DNA of 64,000 nucleotides from Octopus vulgaris (taxonomy: Eukaryota), in NCBI GenBank assembly GCA_951406725.2, contig OX597834.1, positions 11,346,001 to 11,410,000 of the forward strand, given 5' to 3'. This document shows positions 36,507 through 51,088 of this stretch, one piece after another; the stretch's first letter is position 1, and every line of letters starts with the position of its first letter. The position numbers and the translations under genes are program-made. The notes beneath the pieces are model-generated. The model was given only the letters and a program-made list of their open reading frames with translations. It was not told the origin of the DNA and did not search any database.

Positions 36507-37400
36507 GATTGCGATGGGCAAATTGTCGCCATTTTATATTTGTAATGTCACGGATGGGCATTATGCTTTTGATTTTGTCGACTACACAGTATGGTAGGGT
36601 CAGATACATTTCGATGAAAAAAACACAAACAAAAAGAACATATAATAACCAAAAACATTATTGGTGAACAGTTTTGATTAATTCTATAAATGAGAAAACA
36701 ACACCATGACGCAATTCACCCAGCCATAAATTTTGAAATCACATGCTGTACTGCTTGGCATTCGCACCAGAAGCTCCAATGTGAACGTTTCAGTGTGTTT
36801 GGGTGTCAATCTGAGGACAGCGCAATTTGAGGACACGTGCCAAAAGCGATAAAAATCAAACATACAGTGAACATCATGGTGTTTGGAGTGACCTCAGACT
36901 CAACACGGAGGCCTACATCAAGTTCCTGCCCTCGGTCAAGAGGATGGATGCTGGAAGACCCTATATCTTGCAACAGGACTCTGCACCATGCCACACAAGC
37001 AAGAGAACCCATTCATGGCTGTTAGACAATTTCCGCGACCACATCACTCCTAACATCAGGCCAATTAACTCCAGACTGCAACCCCCTTCATTATTATCTG
37101 TGGGGCGCAGTTAAGCGAGAGACCAACAAAACTCCTTGTAACACCAAAGATGAACTGAAGGCAAGGATTATGGAAGCATTCAACAACTTAAACAAGGAGA
37201 CTGTCCAGAAAATTCGCAGGAGATTCCGACATCGTCTGGAGACCTTGGTTGAACCCCATGGCGATTTTATTGAATAAATTTACTCATTAGTGTTTCAAGA
37301 TATTTTTATGTAATTTTGATAATTATAACTTTTAAAATGAGTTGACAGTGATATCTTCATTTTTGCGTAATTTAGACGACAGTTTATTCACTGCACCCTG
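36503..37400 (+). mobile_element. Decayed, internally deleted Tc1/mariner-superfamily transposon, DD37D (maT) type
   Basis: Frameshifted peptides KHTVNIMVFGV, RPYILQQDSAPCHTSKRTHSWL and (S)PDCNPLHYYLWGAVKRETN...GDFIE*. After frameshift repair there are 37 residues between the QQD Asp and the third catalytic position. Ends CACCCTG|TA; 5' TIR diverged. Confidence 0.8.
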
Positions 37401-37600
37401 TATATATATATAAGTATAGTCGTCAGTAAATGGAGGATTGTGTTAGTGAGAACCGGTATTGCTACAAATAAGAGTTAAAACAACTCTTAGTTAAGAGAAA
37501 GCACTTATCTAACGACTGACAAGTGAGATAAGCACCCTCCCCGCGGCAAGCAAGATGGCATCATAAGGGAGATAAGCACCCTCCTCGCGGCAAGCAAGAT

Positions 37601-37651
37601 GGCATCATATCAGTGCTGATTTCAGATTTGATTAATCTTCATCAGTGAACC
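37601..37651 (-). ncRNA. Candidate type I hammerhead ribozyme with intact core
   Basis: Minus strand: GGTTCA CTGATGA AGATT(aatca)AATCT GAA ATCAG(ca)CTGAT A TGATGCC. Stems I (one bulge), II and III all pair; cleavage triplet AUA. Confidence 0.65.
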
Positions 37652-37660
37652 TTTATTATA

Positions 37661-38913
37661 CAGGGTCAACCCATAAATAATGTGGTATTTTTATACTTAT
37701 ATTAGTTTTCAAAATTAAGACGAACTAAGTTCTTTTTTAATCTAAACTATACTCTATTTCATTTTCTACCATACTGTTCCATCTATCTAGTAGACTTGCA
37801 AGGCCCCTCTTCCAAAATTCACTTGTCCATGACGAAAAATACAACCCCAGTATTGTTCTGAACGCGTCTACAGAATTCATATTTTCCGTCCAAATGATTT
37901 TGAAGACTGCGGAATGAATGATAATCAGATGGAGCAATGTCCGGCGTATATGATGGGTGGGGCATCATTTCCCATTCAAACTACTCCAGTCTTTGCAATA
38001 TCATCCTCACTGTATGAGGCCGCGTAATTATCCTGATGGAAGAATACCTTGCGTCTTGAAAGCAAAGATGGTCATTTTACTACTAGCGCTGATTTAAGCA
38101 GCTGAAGCTGCTCGCAGTAGATCTCATTTATTATCGCTTGGTTTGGGTTTAAAAGTTTCATAGTGGCGTAAATCTTTCATATCTCAACAAATAGATAACA
38201 CCTTAAGTCGGTGAAGACCTTCTTTAGCTCTTTAGCCTGGGGTGCCGGTGTTTCTCCTTTCCCTACTCACTGTCTTCGGCGCTTAACATTTTTATAGAGT
38301 ACCCATTTCTCGTCATCAGTCACTATTCAGTCCAAAACAGGTTCATTCGTGAGACCTGACGGCAAAGAAGAGCACACATTCACTGTATACGCGCGATTAG
38401 ACTCGCAAACTTTTAAGGAACCCGTTGACCCAATTTGCTAACTTTTTTCGATGGCATGCAGCTGTCAATGAATGGTTGAATGACAAAAATTCAACCTTCT
38501 CTACAAGTTCCTCTATAGTTACAATGGGATTTTGTCCCATCAGGGTTCGCAGGACGTCCTTGTCGAGATCTACATATTTTTCAGGACGAGGCTAGGAATT
38601 TCTGGAACCACCGTTGACACTGGTTTACGCTTATTGTCCTATCCCCATGTACTGTATTAATATTCCTCGCACTCTCCTTTGCGTTGTTGCCTATATCGAA
38701 CTCATAAAGCAAAATATGCGCCTTTGTCTTTTCCATTATAGCTTTGAAAAAACAACTGTTAAAATCGAACTGCATTCTTCAAAACTTGCACTAAGAATAA
38801 GGTCGAGGTAAAGTTATCTGCTTTTAAAGCAAGTTGATGTAGGAAGTTTATCCCGACCCCTTTTGACTTTTAGTTCACGCATTTGAAAAAAACGCATTTA
38901 TGTGGTGACCCTA
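37661..38913 (-). mobile_element. Full-length decayed mariner (DD34D) element; transposase is a pseudogene
   Basis: TIRs TA|CAGGGTCAACCCATAAAT / ATTTATGTGGTGACCCTA|TA. Minus-strand peptides MEKTKAHILLYEF...CQRWFQKF (HTH), IVTDDEKWVLY, HPSYTPDIAPSDYH and FWKRGLASLLDRWNSMVENEIEY, with frameshifts. Length about 1.25 kb. Confidence 0.9.
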
Positions 38914-38967
<54 letters not shown>

Positions 38968-39589
38968 GCTGTCATTTTTTACTATAAAAAATGTAGCCTA
39001 GAGTTCTGTCTGTCTATCTCTCTTTCTAGTCTTTCTATCTGCACGAGTTCCTTAACCTGTAAGAACTTACAACCATATTTCCATCAAATTTGAAAATCGA
39101 TTTTCACGAAGTTTCTTGATCAGAATGTAGATGAGTTGAAATACTGTAATGATTCTGATAAGTTGAAGTACATCCAGGATAATTCATTAGTTTGGAAAGA
39201 ATGAAAAGGGAAGTTGATCGGAGCAGAAGTTTTTCTCAGAAGCTTTTTTTTATTTTAAACAAATGTTAAGATCATAAATTTTGAAAATAGGCGCTGAGTA
39301 AATACCATCGACTCGAGTATTTTGCTTGATTGATTCCCAAGAAAGAGCAGGAAAAAAGTTGAGAGTGAAACTTTGAATGTAAAGCTGGATCAAATAACGC
39401 AAGGAATTATAAACAACACTCTCACTTTTGTACGAATCCATCAACATTAAAACCTAATGACAGCAATTTTAGTCAATTATATCTAATACTTAAAGATGAA
39501 ATTACAAGTTGAATTCACTGAAGTGGGAAGGGATGTCGCAAGGTATTTTGTACTGACACGCTAATGGTTCTACAATAATCTCAATCATT

Positions 39590-39890
39590 TCTGCTATAGA
39601 TGCAAGACCTGAAGTTTTGAGGAAGGGGACTTATTTTTTCGACCCGGAAAGAATGAAAGTCAAAGCTGATCTCGGCAACGCAGAACAGAGAGAGAGACGG
39701 AAGAAATTCTGCCAAGAATTTTGTTCGATACGTTACCGTTTCTACCAGCTCAATAACTTACCCCATTAAAACGGTTACAAATTTTAACCCCGAAAGGATG
39801 AAATTTAAAGGCGACCTCGGTGAAATTTGAACTCAGAACGTAAAGACGGATGAAATAGCGCTAAACATTTTACCCAGTTCGTTGCCTTAA
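39590..39890 (-). mobile_element. Two old, diverged family 1-related SINE remnants
   Basis: CCCCGAAAGGATGAAA...GACCTCGGTGAAATTTGAACTCAGAACG. Confidence 0.65.
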
Positions 39891-40273
39891 TTTACATCAT
39901 AAAATAATAACAACAACAACAACAATAGAAATCAATAAAACAAGTACAAAGCAGAAAATACACTGGCGAAAAACCTGTTGCTACAAACTAAAACATGTAG
40001 GTTTAAGTTCGAATTTGGTTCTCAGTTCTTCAACTTATATTCAAGATGGTTAGCTTTACTTACCGTTTTCTTCTCCTTCCTTTTGAAACGCTGTAAATAA
40101 AACCTTCAACCTGTATGCAAATATTCATGTGACAGTAGCAAAACAAAGATACATTTCGATGAAAAAAAAAAGGAACATATAATAACCAAAAACATTATTG
40201 GTGAACAGTTTTGATTAATTCTATAAATCTTTAGAATGGAATGAGGTCATTCCGTTCTAAAAAGAGATATATT

Positions 40274-40332
<59 letters not shown>

Positions 40333-41239
40333 GGGTTTTTGTCAGTAAATTCACAACAAAAATTTCATCACATAAGATGGCAGAAACTAAACATTTTCTT
40401 TTTTAACCGAATTAAACAAATAAGTTCAGACAATCAGCAAGATGATTACCATTTTGTGAGAGTTATTTCTGCGAAATATATTTCGATTCTGTCGATTCTG
40501 TTGATCCACAATCCTGGGAAGAAATAATCAAACCTTGTATGGAAGGATTTACATACAATATGCTGTTCTTTTACAAAAGAAGATAGAAATTTTGTACATT
40601 AGTACAATATTGTGCGTCGAAATATATATATATATATATATACATATGTGTGTGTGTGGTTGTCTGTGTGTGTGAAGAGAGATTTTCTTCAATTAAAATT
40701 TCTTAATTAAATTAAAAGTAATCTTAGAAAAACAGAATGACACGAATCTGCAAAAGGTAAAAGCGCTAAAAAATATTTCGTAAACATCCTTCCAAATTAT
40801 TCGTGTCAAGTTGTTTTTCTAATTTTATTTTTAATTAATTAATACATTTTTAATTTAAGAAAACATTTCTTCAAATATTAAGACCGAATCAATAATTCTG
40901 TGGGTAAATATATATATATATATATATAGATATATATATATATATATAATTTGCAAAAGAGGTAAAATAGTACTTAATACATGTAAAGTATTTATTCGAA
41001 GCTAAAACTTCTTCCGAACAGCATTTCGAGTTTTCCGCTCTGTCGACGTTCATTAAGACTCTGCAACAAATTTGAAATTTTAAACGGTGAAAGATTTTGT
41101 ACAGATGATGTAATATGAACTGTTGAAATTTCGATGATATTTGTGCACCAGTTTACTCGTTGCTACCAAAATGCTTCATATCGCTCATTCTAATTGAAAA
41201 TTAGTTGTATTTAGCATATCAACTTAGGAATTATATATA

Positions 41240-41463
41240 TAGTTTTTGAATTTGGTTTGTAAGATTCTTTATGTGAGTTCGTGTGTTGAAGCATATTCTG
41301 TCGTGTCTGGGGAGAGTCGTTCTCTTTTTGTGCCTTATAATTTAACACACTCACCGGTAAAATTTCCACTTATTTCTTATTTTTATTGTCCCAAAATTTT
41401 CGTTGCGACTTGCAGCCTTTTCAATAAGGCACAAAAAGAAAATAACTCTCCCCAGACACAACA

Positions 41464-41464
<1 letters not shown>
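41240..41464 (-). mobile_element. Penelope-like remnant with terminal inversion
   Basis: 41-bp inverted repeat 41298-41338 / 41424-41464; degenerate hammerhead-like TTGAAAA-G-GCTGC(aagtc)GCAAC-GAAA on the minus strand; (TA)n flanks. Confidence 0.45.
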
Positions 41465-41504
<40 letters not shown>

Positions 41505-42982
41505 CTTGGAACGTTGGAATGATATATATAGTTAGTGATGTGTTAATGAGTATGGAAAATTCGTTTAAGAAATGAGGATAGTGAGGCAAAAGAAAACGAA
41601 CATTCCAGGAAAATAGTGTGTAAAGAAAAGGAAGACTAAACCTTCTTTGAAGCCATATTGAATGTAAATTCGAAAATATTTGCTAACTTTAATCAGAAAT
41701 TATCTTTCAATAACTACAAATATCAAGACTTCGATAAACATGTGATATTAATAGGGCTTAGCTAGCAAACCTGATAGAGAGAAAGAAGGTGATCCTTTCC
41801 AATCAACGAAACATATTAAACCAGGTATAAAATGCAACTTCAACAGAATACTTCTCTGTAAATAAATAGTGAGTTCAGAATGAACTATATAATAATTACA
41901 GGAAATTATAATAAGCGTATGTACGTGAGAAACTTCCCTACACTTGTATATCTGGGACTTAAAACAAGAGCAATAAAAATGTATCCCTAAATTAGTGTTC
42001 AAACGTAGCCATATTGTTATATGAATGAAAAGGTTTGCGACATTCTTATAAATTGATGCTGAACAATAAGATTTTACAGAGAGAAAAATGCTTCGCTGTG
42101 AAATTGTTATAGGACTTAATTGTTAAGTAGCAGAGAACGTTTTAGTTGTTTTTTATGTAAGCTATTACGGTTATTCTATCTATTAATACTATTGAATGAG
42201 ACAAATTCTGGTCGTTTAGACAACTCATAATTCAAATTACGTATCGCGTGACTTGAGTAATGTCAACAGAACTCGAATTTTTGAGTAGCAATTTGAAGAC
42301 GGGTTTCAACTCCGAATACATGTGTGTGAGTGTGTTTATGTGTGTATATTCGTGCACGCGCGTTTATTTATGCAAGTATGCATAAAAAATTCAATTATGA
42401 GCAAAATGTGTAAATATACGCATGAAAAAGTTTGTGCACTTACATAAATATATGTAAACACTTTCAGATATGCAAATATACCTACATTTAAATCAACAGC
42501 AATACATAGATTTTGCAAAATATATACATTCACAATCCTCTATCTGAGTGTCTAAGTGTATGTGCGTGTGTTATAGTCAATATACATGCATAAAAATTAT
42601 GCTGTAAAGGTTTTTGTCAAAGGCATTCCTATGAAATGTATATGTTATGATAAACATAAAAACGCTATTAATAAAAGCATTTTTACTTAATAAAATTCGT
42701 TTCAGCCGAAAGTCAGTGAAATTGACGCTTTGCAATTTCTATGACTAAATTGCATAGAAGAAAAGAATAAGTGCTTGAACTGACCTCACAAAATTTCCAG
42801 GCTGTGTTTTATGCTGTGTTGTGTAGAATGCTTCTATACGAATACTTTTATTATTCACAGTGAATTATAGCTATTGTGTTTAGTTTTATATACTTGTATA
42901 TATATATATGGACGCACATATTTGTATCAGGGTTAACCTATATTTTATATATATATAGATATATATTCCCCTGACAGTATAT

Positions 42983-43314
42983 AGGCGTAGGAGTGGCTGT
43001 GTGGTAAGTAGCTTGCTTACAAACCACATGGTTCCGGGTTCAGTCCCACTGCGTGGCACTTTGGGCAAGTGTCGTCTACTATAGCCTTATATATATATAT
43101 ATATAAATATGTGTGTATGTATTTTTGTGTCTGTATTTGTCACACCGATGCTGGTGTGTTTACATCTCCCGTAACTTAGCGGTTCGACAAAAGAAACCGA
43201 TAGAATAAGTACTAGGTTTAAAAAGAATAAGACCTGGAGTCGATTTGCTCGACTAAAGGCGGTGATCCAGCATGGCCACAGTCAAATGACTGAAACAAGT
43301 AAAAGAATAAAAGA
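42983..43314 (+). mobile_element. SINE family 2, internally deleted
   Basis: Family 2 head and tail. Confidence 0.88.
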
Positions 43315-43963
43315 GTGTGTTCACATACCATGCGTACAGGTGATGTACACATATTCACATAATAATTTATTGAATTTTCCATGGACCTTGCATATATAGG
43401 GTGTGCATAGCAGATACATGGGAACTGTCAGACGGCGATCCACGAGCCGTGGGTTTGTGTCAGCGTATGCATACACATGTGTATCTAATGTTTCTACCAT
43501 TCGTCTCCGTATGTGTGGGAGCGGGTCTATGTGCGAAGATTTCCACCGAGCAGCTTAATTCCAACCATTCCAAGTTATTAGCTACTATCGCAAAACAATA
43601 ACAGACAAAACCATAATAACTTATTTTACTACCGCTTTTAAACCTCTTGTTTTCTCATATTTACTATCAGTTTCTATATGTAGACATAACGACATATTTT
43701 CCCGTTAGGAATCCGAATTTCATTTGGTCAGAAACCGGCACATATTCTGCGTTGGATTTCAAATGAATTGTTAACGTAATGTAATAAATGCTTTGGACCA
43801 CGCAGATTCTTTAACGACGTGCATACCAATGAGCTTATGTACATGTGATAGCCTATACAACAGTCGCAGTAATATTATTATTTATGAATAGGGTTAAAAG
43901 ATTAACGCAGTTTCTCTGTATACTAGACGACTGCATCTAACACTTGGTAGATTTTCTTTATAA

Positions 43964-44004
<41 letters not shown>

Positions 44005-45610
44005 ATCTCATGCAGCACACGATTATATGCGCGTGTATTTGTGTGTCCGTGTGTGTTTATATATATATATATATATATATATATGCGTGTGTGTGTGTGT
44101 GTGTACACAGACACTCATATTACAGAATAACTTTGCTAATTTTAACTTGCAAAGTATGTAATTGATAGTTAAAATATCTTCATTTAGTGTACAGTATTTT
44201 GTGGATAGAAAATAGGCAACAACCAATTCCACGTGGAACCACGAACCCGCTTAAATTATCTGTGCAGACATTGATTTATAAATCTGCTCCTTCCAAGAGA
44301 TCAAGTAACTAGAATGTATGAATTTGCATAAATAACGCTTTTGATATTTAAATTAATAAATTGTACTATAACAGTTCTTTGTTGCTAAGTTAAACAGTAA
44401 AATATTTTATAAATATGTAATTTAAGAAACAATGCATCAATTAGAGAGATGGAAGATGTTTATGATTAATTTGTCCTGTAGTAGATAATAACTGGAACGT
44501 TAAAGTTCTGGATGAAATCTAAAATGTCTGTAAAAGAGTATGAAACAAGATCCTGTTAACAGCCAAATTAAAACTAAATGCCAATAATTCATTCTATATG
44601 TAAATAAAACGATTGCGTTTAATAAAAGACTTAAAAATAACAGGTCCAACGTATTGTGTTCATGAACTTATATAGAGATTTGGCGATAGCAGGTAAAATC
44701 ACAACGAATTTGAAAATATTCTAAGTAGATTTCAAAACCTCTCAAAAACACAGAAATGTTTCCAAACAAGTTACCCAGATATACAGTACAAACTATGTAA
44801 TGCCTTACATCGACAGTAAAACAATACCCAAGAAAACAAAAGACCTTACAATAGTTGCACTCCTGAGAACTAAGAAAATAAATGTTTGCCTCATATATCA
44901 GTTCACAACAGACAGAATGAATACCTACGCGCCATAGGAGAACATTTAGATGCAATAATATGTATGTGTGTATCTGTGTGTGTAAATTTGAAGGCTAGAT
45001 TCTCAGTAAAATATGAATTCACTGTTATTTAAGATTTTTTAAATCAGTCCAATTAGCATTCTTGATTGTGGTCTCCTCATCATTTACTTGATCAGAGATG
45101 TGTTTCGGTATCAACATATAGACTTGACGTTAAACACGCTTCCTAATTTTATGTCTATAACTTTCTGTCGAGAAGTGTCTGAACGAGCGTATTCTCACTA
45201 ACATATATTTATGTGTGTCTGCACGTGTTTGTGCGTAGATGTGTATGTGTGTTCGCGCAAGCGTGCGTAAGATGGAGAAGTGTGTGTTGCGTATAACAAA
45301 GTTTACATACACAACTGTATATCCGTAGAGCTATTTAACTATCAATCTCGTATATGAATTTTCATACAAACGTATCAAAGTATGCCAATGTTTGCAGAAA
45401 TGCATAATAAAACAAGGAACAAAACAAGTACAAAACAGGAAAAAAAATCGTCATTTAATTTATCAAACATATGATCAAAGTTAAAACCACAAATCTAGAT
45501 GAAATATACATGTATATGTCGGTGTATGTTTTTGTTTGTGTATGCAGCTATATGCGTATCACTGTTTGTACATATACATGCATAATACATACATGCACAT
45601 ATAGATATAT

Positions 45611-45682
45611 ATGCATACATACATACATACATACATACATATACATACATACATATATATATATACATACATACATATATAT

Positions 45683-45725
<43 letters not shown>

Positions 45726-45890
45726 CATATATATATACATACATACATATATATATACATACATACATATATATATATACATACATACATACATATATAT
45801 ATATACATACATACATATATATATATACATACATACATATATATATATACATACATACATATATATATATACATACATACATATATATAT

Positions 45891-45940
<50 letters not shown>

Positions 45941-45951
45941 ACATACATATA

Positions 45952-46006
<55 letters not shown>

Positions 46007-46017
46007 ACATACATATA

Positions 46018-46110
<93 letters not shown>

Positions 46111-46130
46111 ACATACATATATATATATAT
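45611..46130. repeat. Large (TA)n/(TACA)n compound microsatellite
   Basis: Seen directly; source of the 200-290 aa spurious ORFs. Confidence 0.95.
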
Positions 46131-46245
46131 ATGTGCGTGCGTGCGTGTGTGTGTATGCGTAAATATTCATATTGTTGCGTGTATTTGTGTGAATCAAAAT
46201 GCACAAACAATCCCAGATATACATATATTCATACATATGCATATC

Positions 46246-46333
<88 letters not shown>

Positions 46334-47453
46334 CGTGTGTATGCGTTAATATTTATTTCTATGTTTGAACAATTCACGTATTCAAATGAATGTTTATAAA
46401 TTTCTTCAGACATTTCATATATCTGCATTCGACGCATAAACACTCATCCAAAAACATCTACATACATATCTACACACACACACACACATATATATGTATA
46501 TATCTATATATAAATTAATATATATAGTTTATGCAGAGCATGCGTTTTCATCTGGGTGAGAAACGGAGCAATAAACGGAACGCATCTCTTATTTATATAC
46601 GTATTGCTGAGTATGTAATGGAACAAATATTTCATTGAAATATTTTCCTTGCTGAAAATTTCCAAAGGTTTTTGTAACGTCGTTGTCATACAAATTTTCT
46701 GCATGAATAACCACAAACACACACACACATATATATACACACACACACACACTTCATACACACCTATATATTACAGTATATCATATTTCAAATTCGAATT
46801 TATCAGTATAATGAAACCACCTGATGTTTCATTGTCCCAAGTCTCCATCAGAATATGAATAATCGCAGCAAAAGAATCTCCGGTTACGAGACAATGCTGA
46901 TACGTCCATTATCGAAATACGTAAGAATAAAAGAGAAGATCGCTTCCATCTTCGCAGCGGGCTGCGCTAAAATATCCATTTCTATACCCAGAAACACACG
47001 CACTCGCATACATAATTACATACATATATATATATATGTATATATATATATTTATATATATATTCATGTATACATATAACGCACACATGTGTGTATATAT
47101 ATATTTATATATATATATATATACATACGTTACTACATATACTACGACTATATGTAATGTATATTTGATATATACATTACACATGTATATATATCATATG
47201 TATATACTATAAATATATACGTATGTATATGTAGATATATGTATGTATATGCATACTATAAATATATACGCATGTATAGGTATGTACATATATGTATATG
47301 TTTGTATATATATGTATATGTTTGTATATATATGTATATATTTCTATATATATATATATATATACATTCATGTATATGTTTGTATATATATGTATATATG
47401 TCTATATACATATGTATGCATATATACCTGCGTTAAACTTGATTTATTTTTTC

Positions 47454-47486
<33 letters not shown>

Positions 47487-48500
47487 ATATATATACACAC
47501 AAACACACACAAAGAACACAACTCATACACATACAGTTATTGTTGATGTGTTATAGTGAAACACCTGCGTTCTTCCGTTTTAATATCTTTATTTGATAAT
47601 TTTTATATTTCCTTGTTTTTAACATTTTGTACCTTTTGCAACAATAAAAGTCCTTTTCCTTTAACATTTCCATTCTTTCTCGGCCGCATCTCAAGGAAAT
47701 ATTGTGGTACGTTGTTGTTGAATGTACGTAGTAATGTACAATATCACCTTTCTTCGACATGGAAAAATACTTTTTCCTAAGTATTTTAATAAATTATTTT
47801 ACGTCTGATATGAGATATACTAATCATAGTATTTATTAATAATGCCTAATATTGATCTGTGTGTATATTTGTAGATGGAAGTGATATAAGCATATTTTAC
47901 AATTTTGACAGCATTAAGATTCGCTGCACTGCCTCTTTCTCGTAAATGCATATTCAACCAGCAGAAAAGCGTAGTGCATATATGTCCAATGTACTTGCTT
48001 TAGCCAATGAACGTACCAAATTTTATAGTTAGTTTGAAAATCCTATATTTTATAATTGTGTGTAGCATGTTATCTGTCATGTGTAAACTGCGATGCCATA
48101 TACAAGGGAATTATTACAAGGAATTGTCATTTCCAAAATTATTTCAATGTCTTTTGCTACTTACTACGAACTACACGTTACCACAACAAACCATTTCAAT
48201 ATGTTAAGATAGAGAATTAGGTCGAGAAGATTTTGGAACGTTAAGAGACTCGTAACGTTATTGCACCAAAGTACATGTAAAGAATTAATGAAGAAATACG
48301 AAAATTCTTTTATCAAAAAATATTAAAATTGAACACTATTGTATCTTTAACATAAGTATGCATAAATAGACATAAATTATATACATACCTATAAATGTAG
48401 AGACATACATACAAAGCTACATACACATATACACACACGAATATATGTATATGTGTGTGAGTTTGTGCGTATGCGCACCAACTTCATACAGATATATGTA

Positions 48501-48545
<45 letters not shown>

Positions 48546-48561
48546 TTATTTATATACGTAG

Positions 48562-48601
<40 letters not shown>

Positions 48602-49284
48602 TTATTTATATACGTAGATGTAGATCTATATATATATGTATATACGTAAATGTATATATACATACATGTAGATGTATATATGCATAGATTTACACTCACA
48701 CATTTTTATATAAACGCATATATATATACGTAGATGTATATATACATATATGTAGATGTATATATTCATAGATTTACACACACACACATTATTATATAAA
48801 CGTATATATACATATATGTAGATGTATATATTCATAGATTTACACACACACACACACACACACACATTATTATATAAACGTATATATATATACTTATATA
48901 CACACAAGCACACGTATATGCGTATATATGCATGATGTACATAATCTATATGGTAATTTGTATTCGTTTTGTTTTTGTTGTTCAGTTGATTGATTTCACA
49001 TTAGATTTACATATTTCAAACAAAAACTCAATAAAAACAGTCGCAATTATACAATCCTTCAGAGAATCAGACATGCACGTAAACACACTTTCTTTGAACA
49101 TTATTTTCTGTTTTTTTTTTTATTTTAATATATAATTATTCTCTCTCCTTATCGCTTTTCGATCACATTTTCTCTGGCATTTTCTATCTCTCATTGTTTT
49201 TTCACTATTAAAACAGTATAGCATCATACATCACCAAAATGAAATACATCAACGAAAGGGGAATTTGAAACCTACAAAAATGTA

Positions 49285-49324
<40 letters not shown>

Positions 49325-49384
49325 TTACATTCACACACACACACACATAATTATACATATATATTTATACATACATACACACAC

Positions 49385-49422
<38 letters not shown>

Positions 49423-49437
49423 GTGTGTGCATATATG

Positions 49438-49468
<31 letters not shown>

Positions 49469-50387
49469 ATATATATGAGCTAAAATTAAACTGTGGTGAT
49501 GTAAACGTTATTCTTGATATTATCGATTTCTTAATGATTTTGATGTGTTATCTTTGAAATTTATTTAAAATTTGGAAAATTTGAAATTTTATTTTTTTGG
49601 TTCTTTGTTAAAAATTTTGCACAGTATAGAGTGTTATTCTTAATCGGTTTCATCCATACGTACATACATACATACGTACATACTTACACATATAAACATA
49701 TGTTTATATCATCATTATATATTTACATATATTTCAAAGTTAAATATATATATATATGCATGTATATATACAATATAATATTTTATATAGGAATCGAACG
49801 CTTTCGACTTTTTATAAAAACTTCGAAAAGGCTTTCGACTTCATGAAAAGTTCATATTTACCCAGCGGTTACATTGTTGAGTTCCTTGGTTTGATGTTAC
49901 ACTTTGACTGACTGAGCAGGCTAATTCTTACATGTATACATCCATCCATACATACATCCATGCATCCATATATACATACAGAATATATATATATATATAT
50001 ATTTAGATTTATATCTGCATACATATATAAATATATATATATATATATATATCTAAGTATATATATATATATGCATACATATATAGATATACATATATAT
50101 CTAAGTATATATATATATGCATACATATATAGATATACATATATATCTACGTATATATATATATATATACATATATAAATATATATACATATCTGTATGT
50201 ATATATATGCATACACATTCACATCATTTGTATCCCAAACGTTTGTGTGCGCGTATGTGTATGTACATCTTCGAGACTCTGTTATCCTTGTAAGTTTGGC
50301 AAAATCTTCTGCACTCGTGGTTGGGTAAAAGTCAGTTTCTACATATTCAGCACTTGCTTGGTCTTCAGTATATATATATATATATAT

Positions 50388-50448
<61 letters not shown>

Positions 50449-51047
50449 CATGTATGTATATTTATGCATGCATATATAGACAGGTTTTTTGTGTGCATGA
50501 ATGTATATAGACGTAAATTTCTGTAATTTGCTTTTTCGATCACTTTTACTGTTGCTACCCTCCAGTTCGGTTTTCCCCAGCATTTCCTCGAATATAGGTC
50601 CACAACTGTAAATAATCCCTTCCGTACAGAAGAGATATATAAGGTTTTTTTTTCTCAAATAATAATCATTTGATTCTTCATCTGTCCTGTTTATTTTTTA
50701 ATTTTTTTTTACTGCTTCGAATTACTGTCTTTCTTATCTGTGTTTTTTTTTCTCGATTAGAATTCAACTAATATATTTGAATGTGTTTTTCTGTGCTGGC
50801 TTCTCATTTCAACTATGAAAGTTTTAGATAATATATACATATATATGTTTTTCTTTTCCTTTTGTTATTAGTCTTCTGCTAATTTCAACTTCTTAGGCTA
50901 ATCTGTTTTTACCAAGAACGTAAAAGAAATTTAACTAATAACATATATTTTCGTGTAAAAATCATCGTTTCTGTGTGTTTCATGTTATCTTGTGTGTGTT
51001 TCATGAGACAAACATTTTCTTATTTTTCTTGATTTGTTAATCGTTTC

Positions 51048-51088
<41 letters not shown>

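Noticed and set aside
45471-46443. 292-294 aa ORFs
   Set aside because: Stop-free (TA)/(TACA) microsatellite.
46818-46856. Minus-strand CTGATGG...GAAACATC hammerhead-like words
   Set aside because: No credible stem II and weak stem I.
49790-49855. Heat-shock-element-like GAA/TTC cluster
   Set aside because: Spacing does not fit three contiguous alternating nGAAn units.
50325-50370. Minus-strand CTGAAGA...GAAAC
   Set aside because: Intervening sequence cannot form stem II; no NUH or stem I.
49869-50658. Minus-strand ORFs with protein-like patches ([13 protein letters not shown]..., [14 protein letters not shown]...)
   Set aside because: Patches are separated by (TA)n tracts, lack matched splice signals and resemble no family I recognise.
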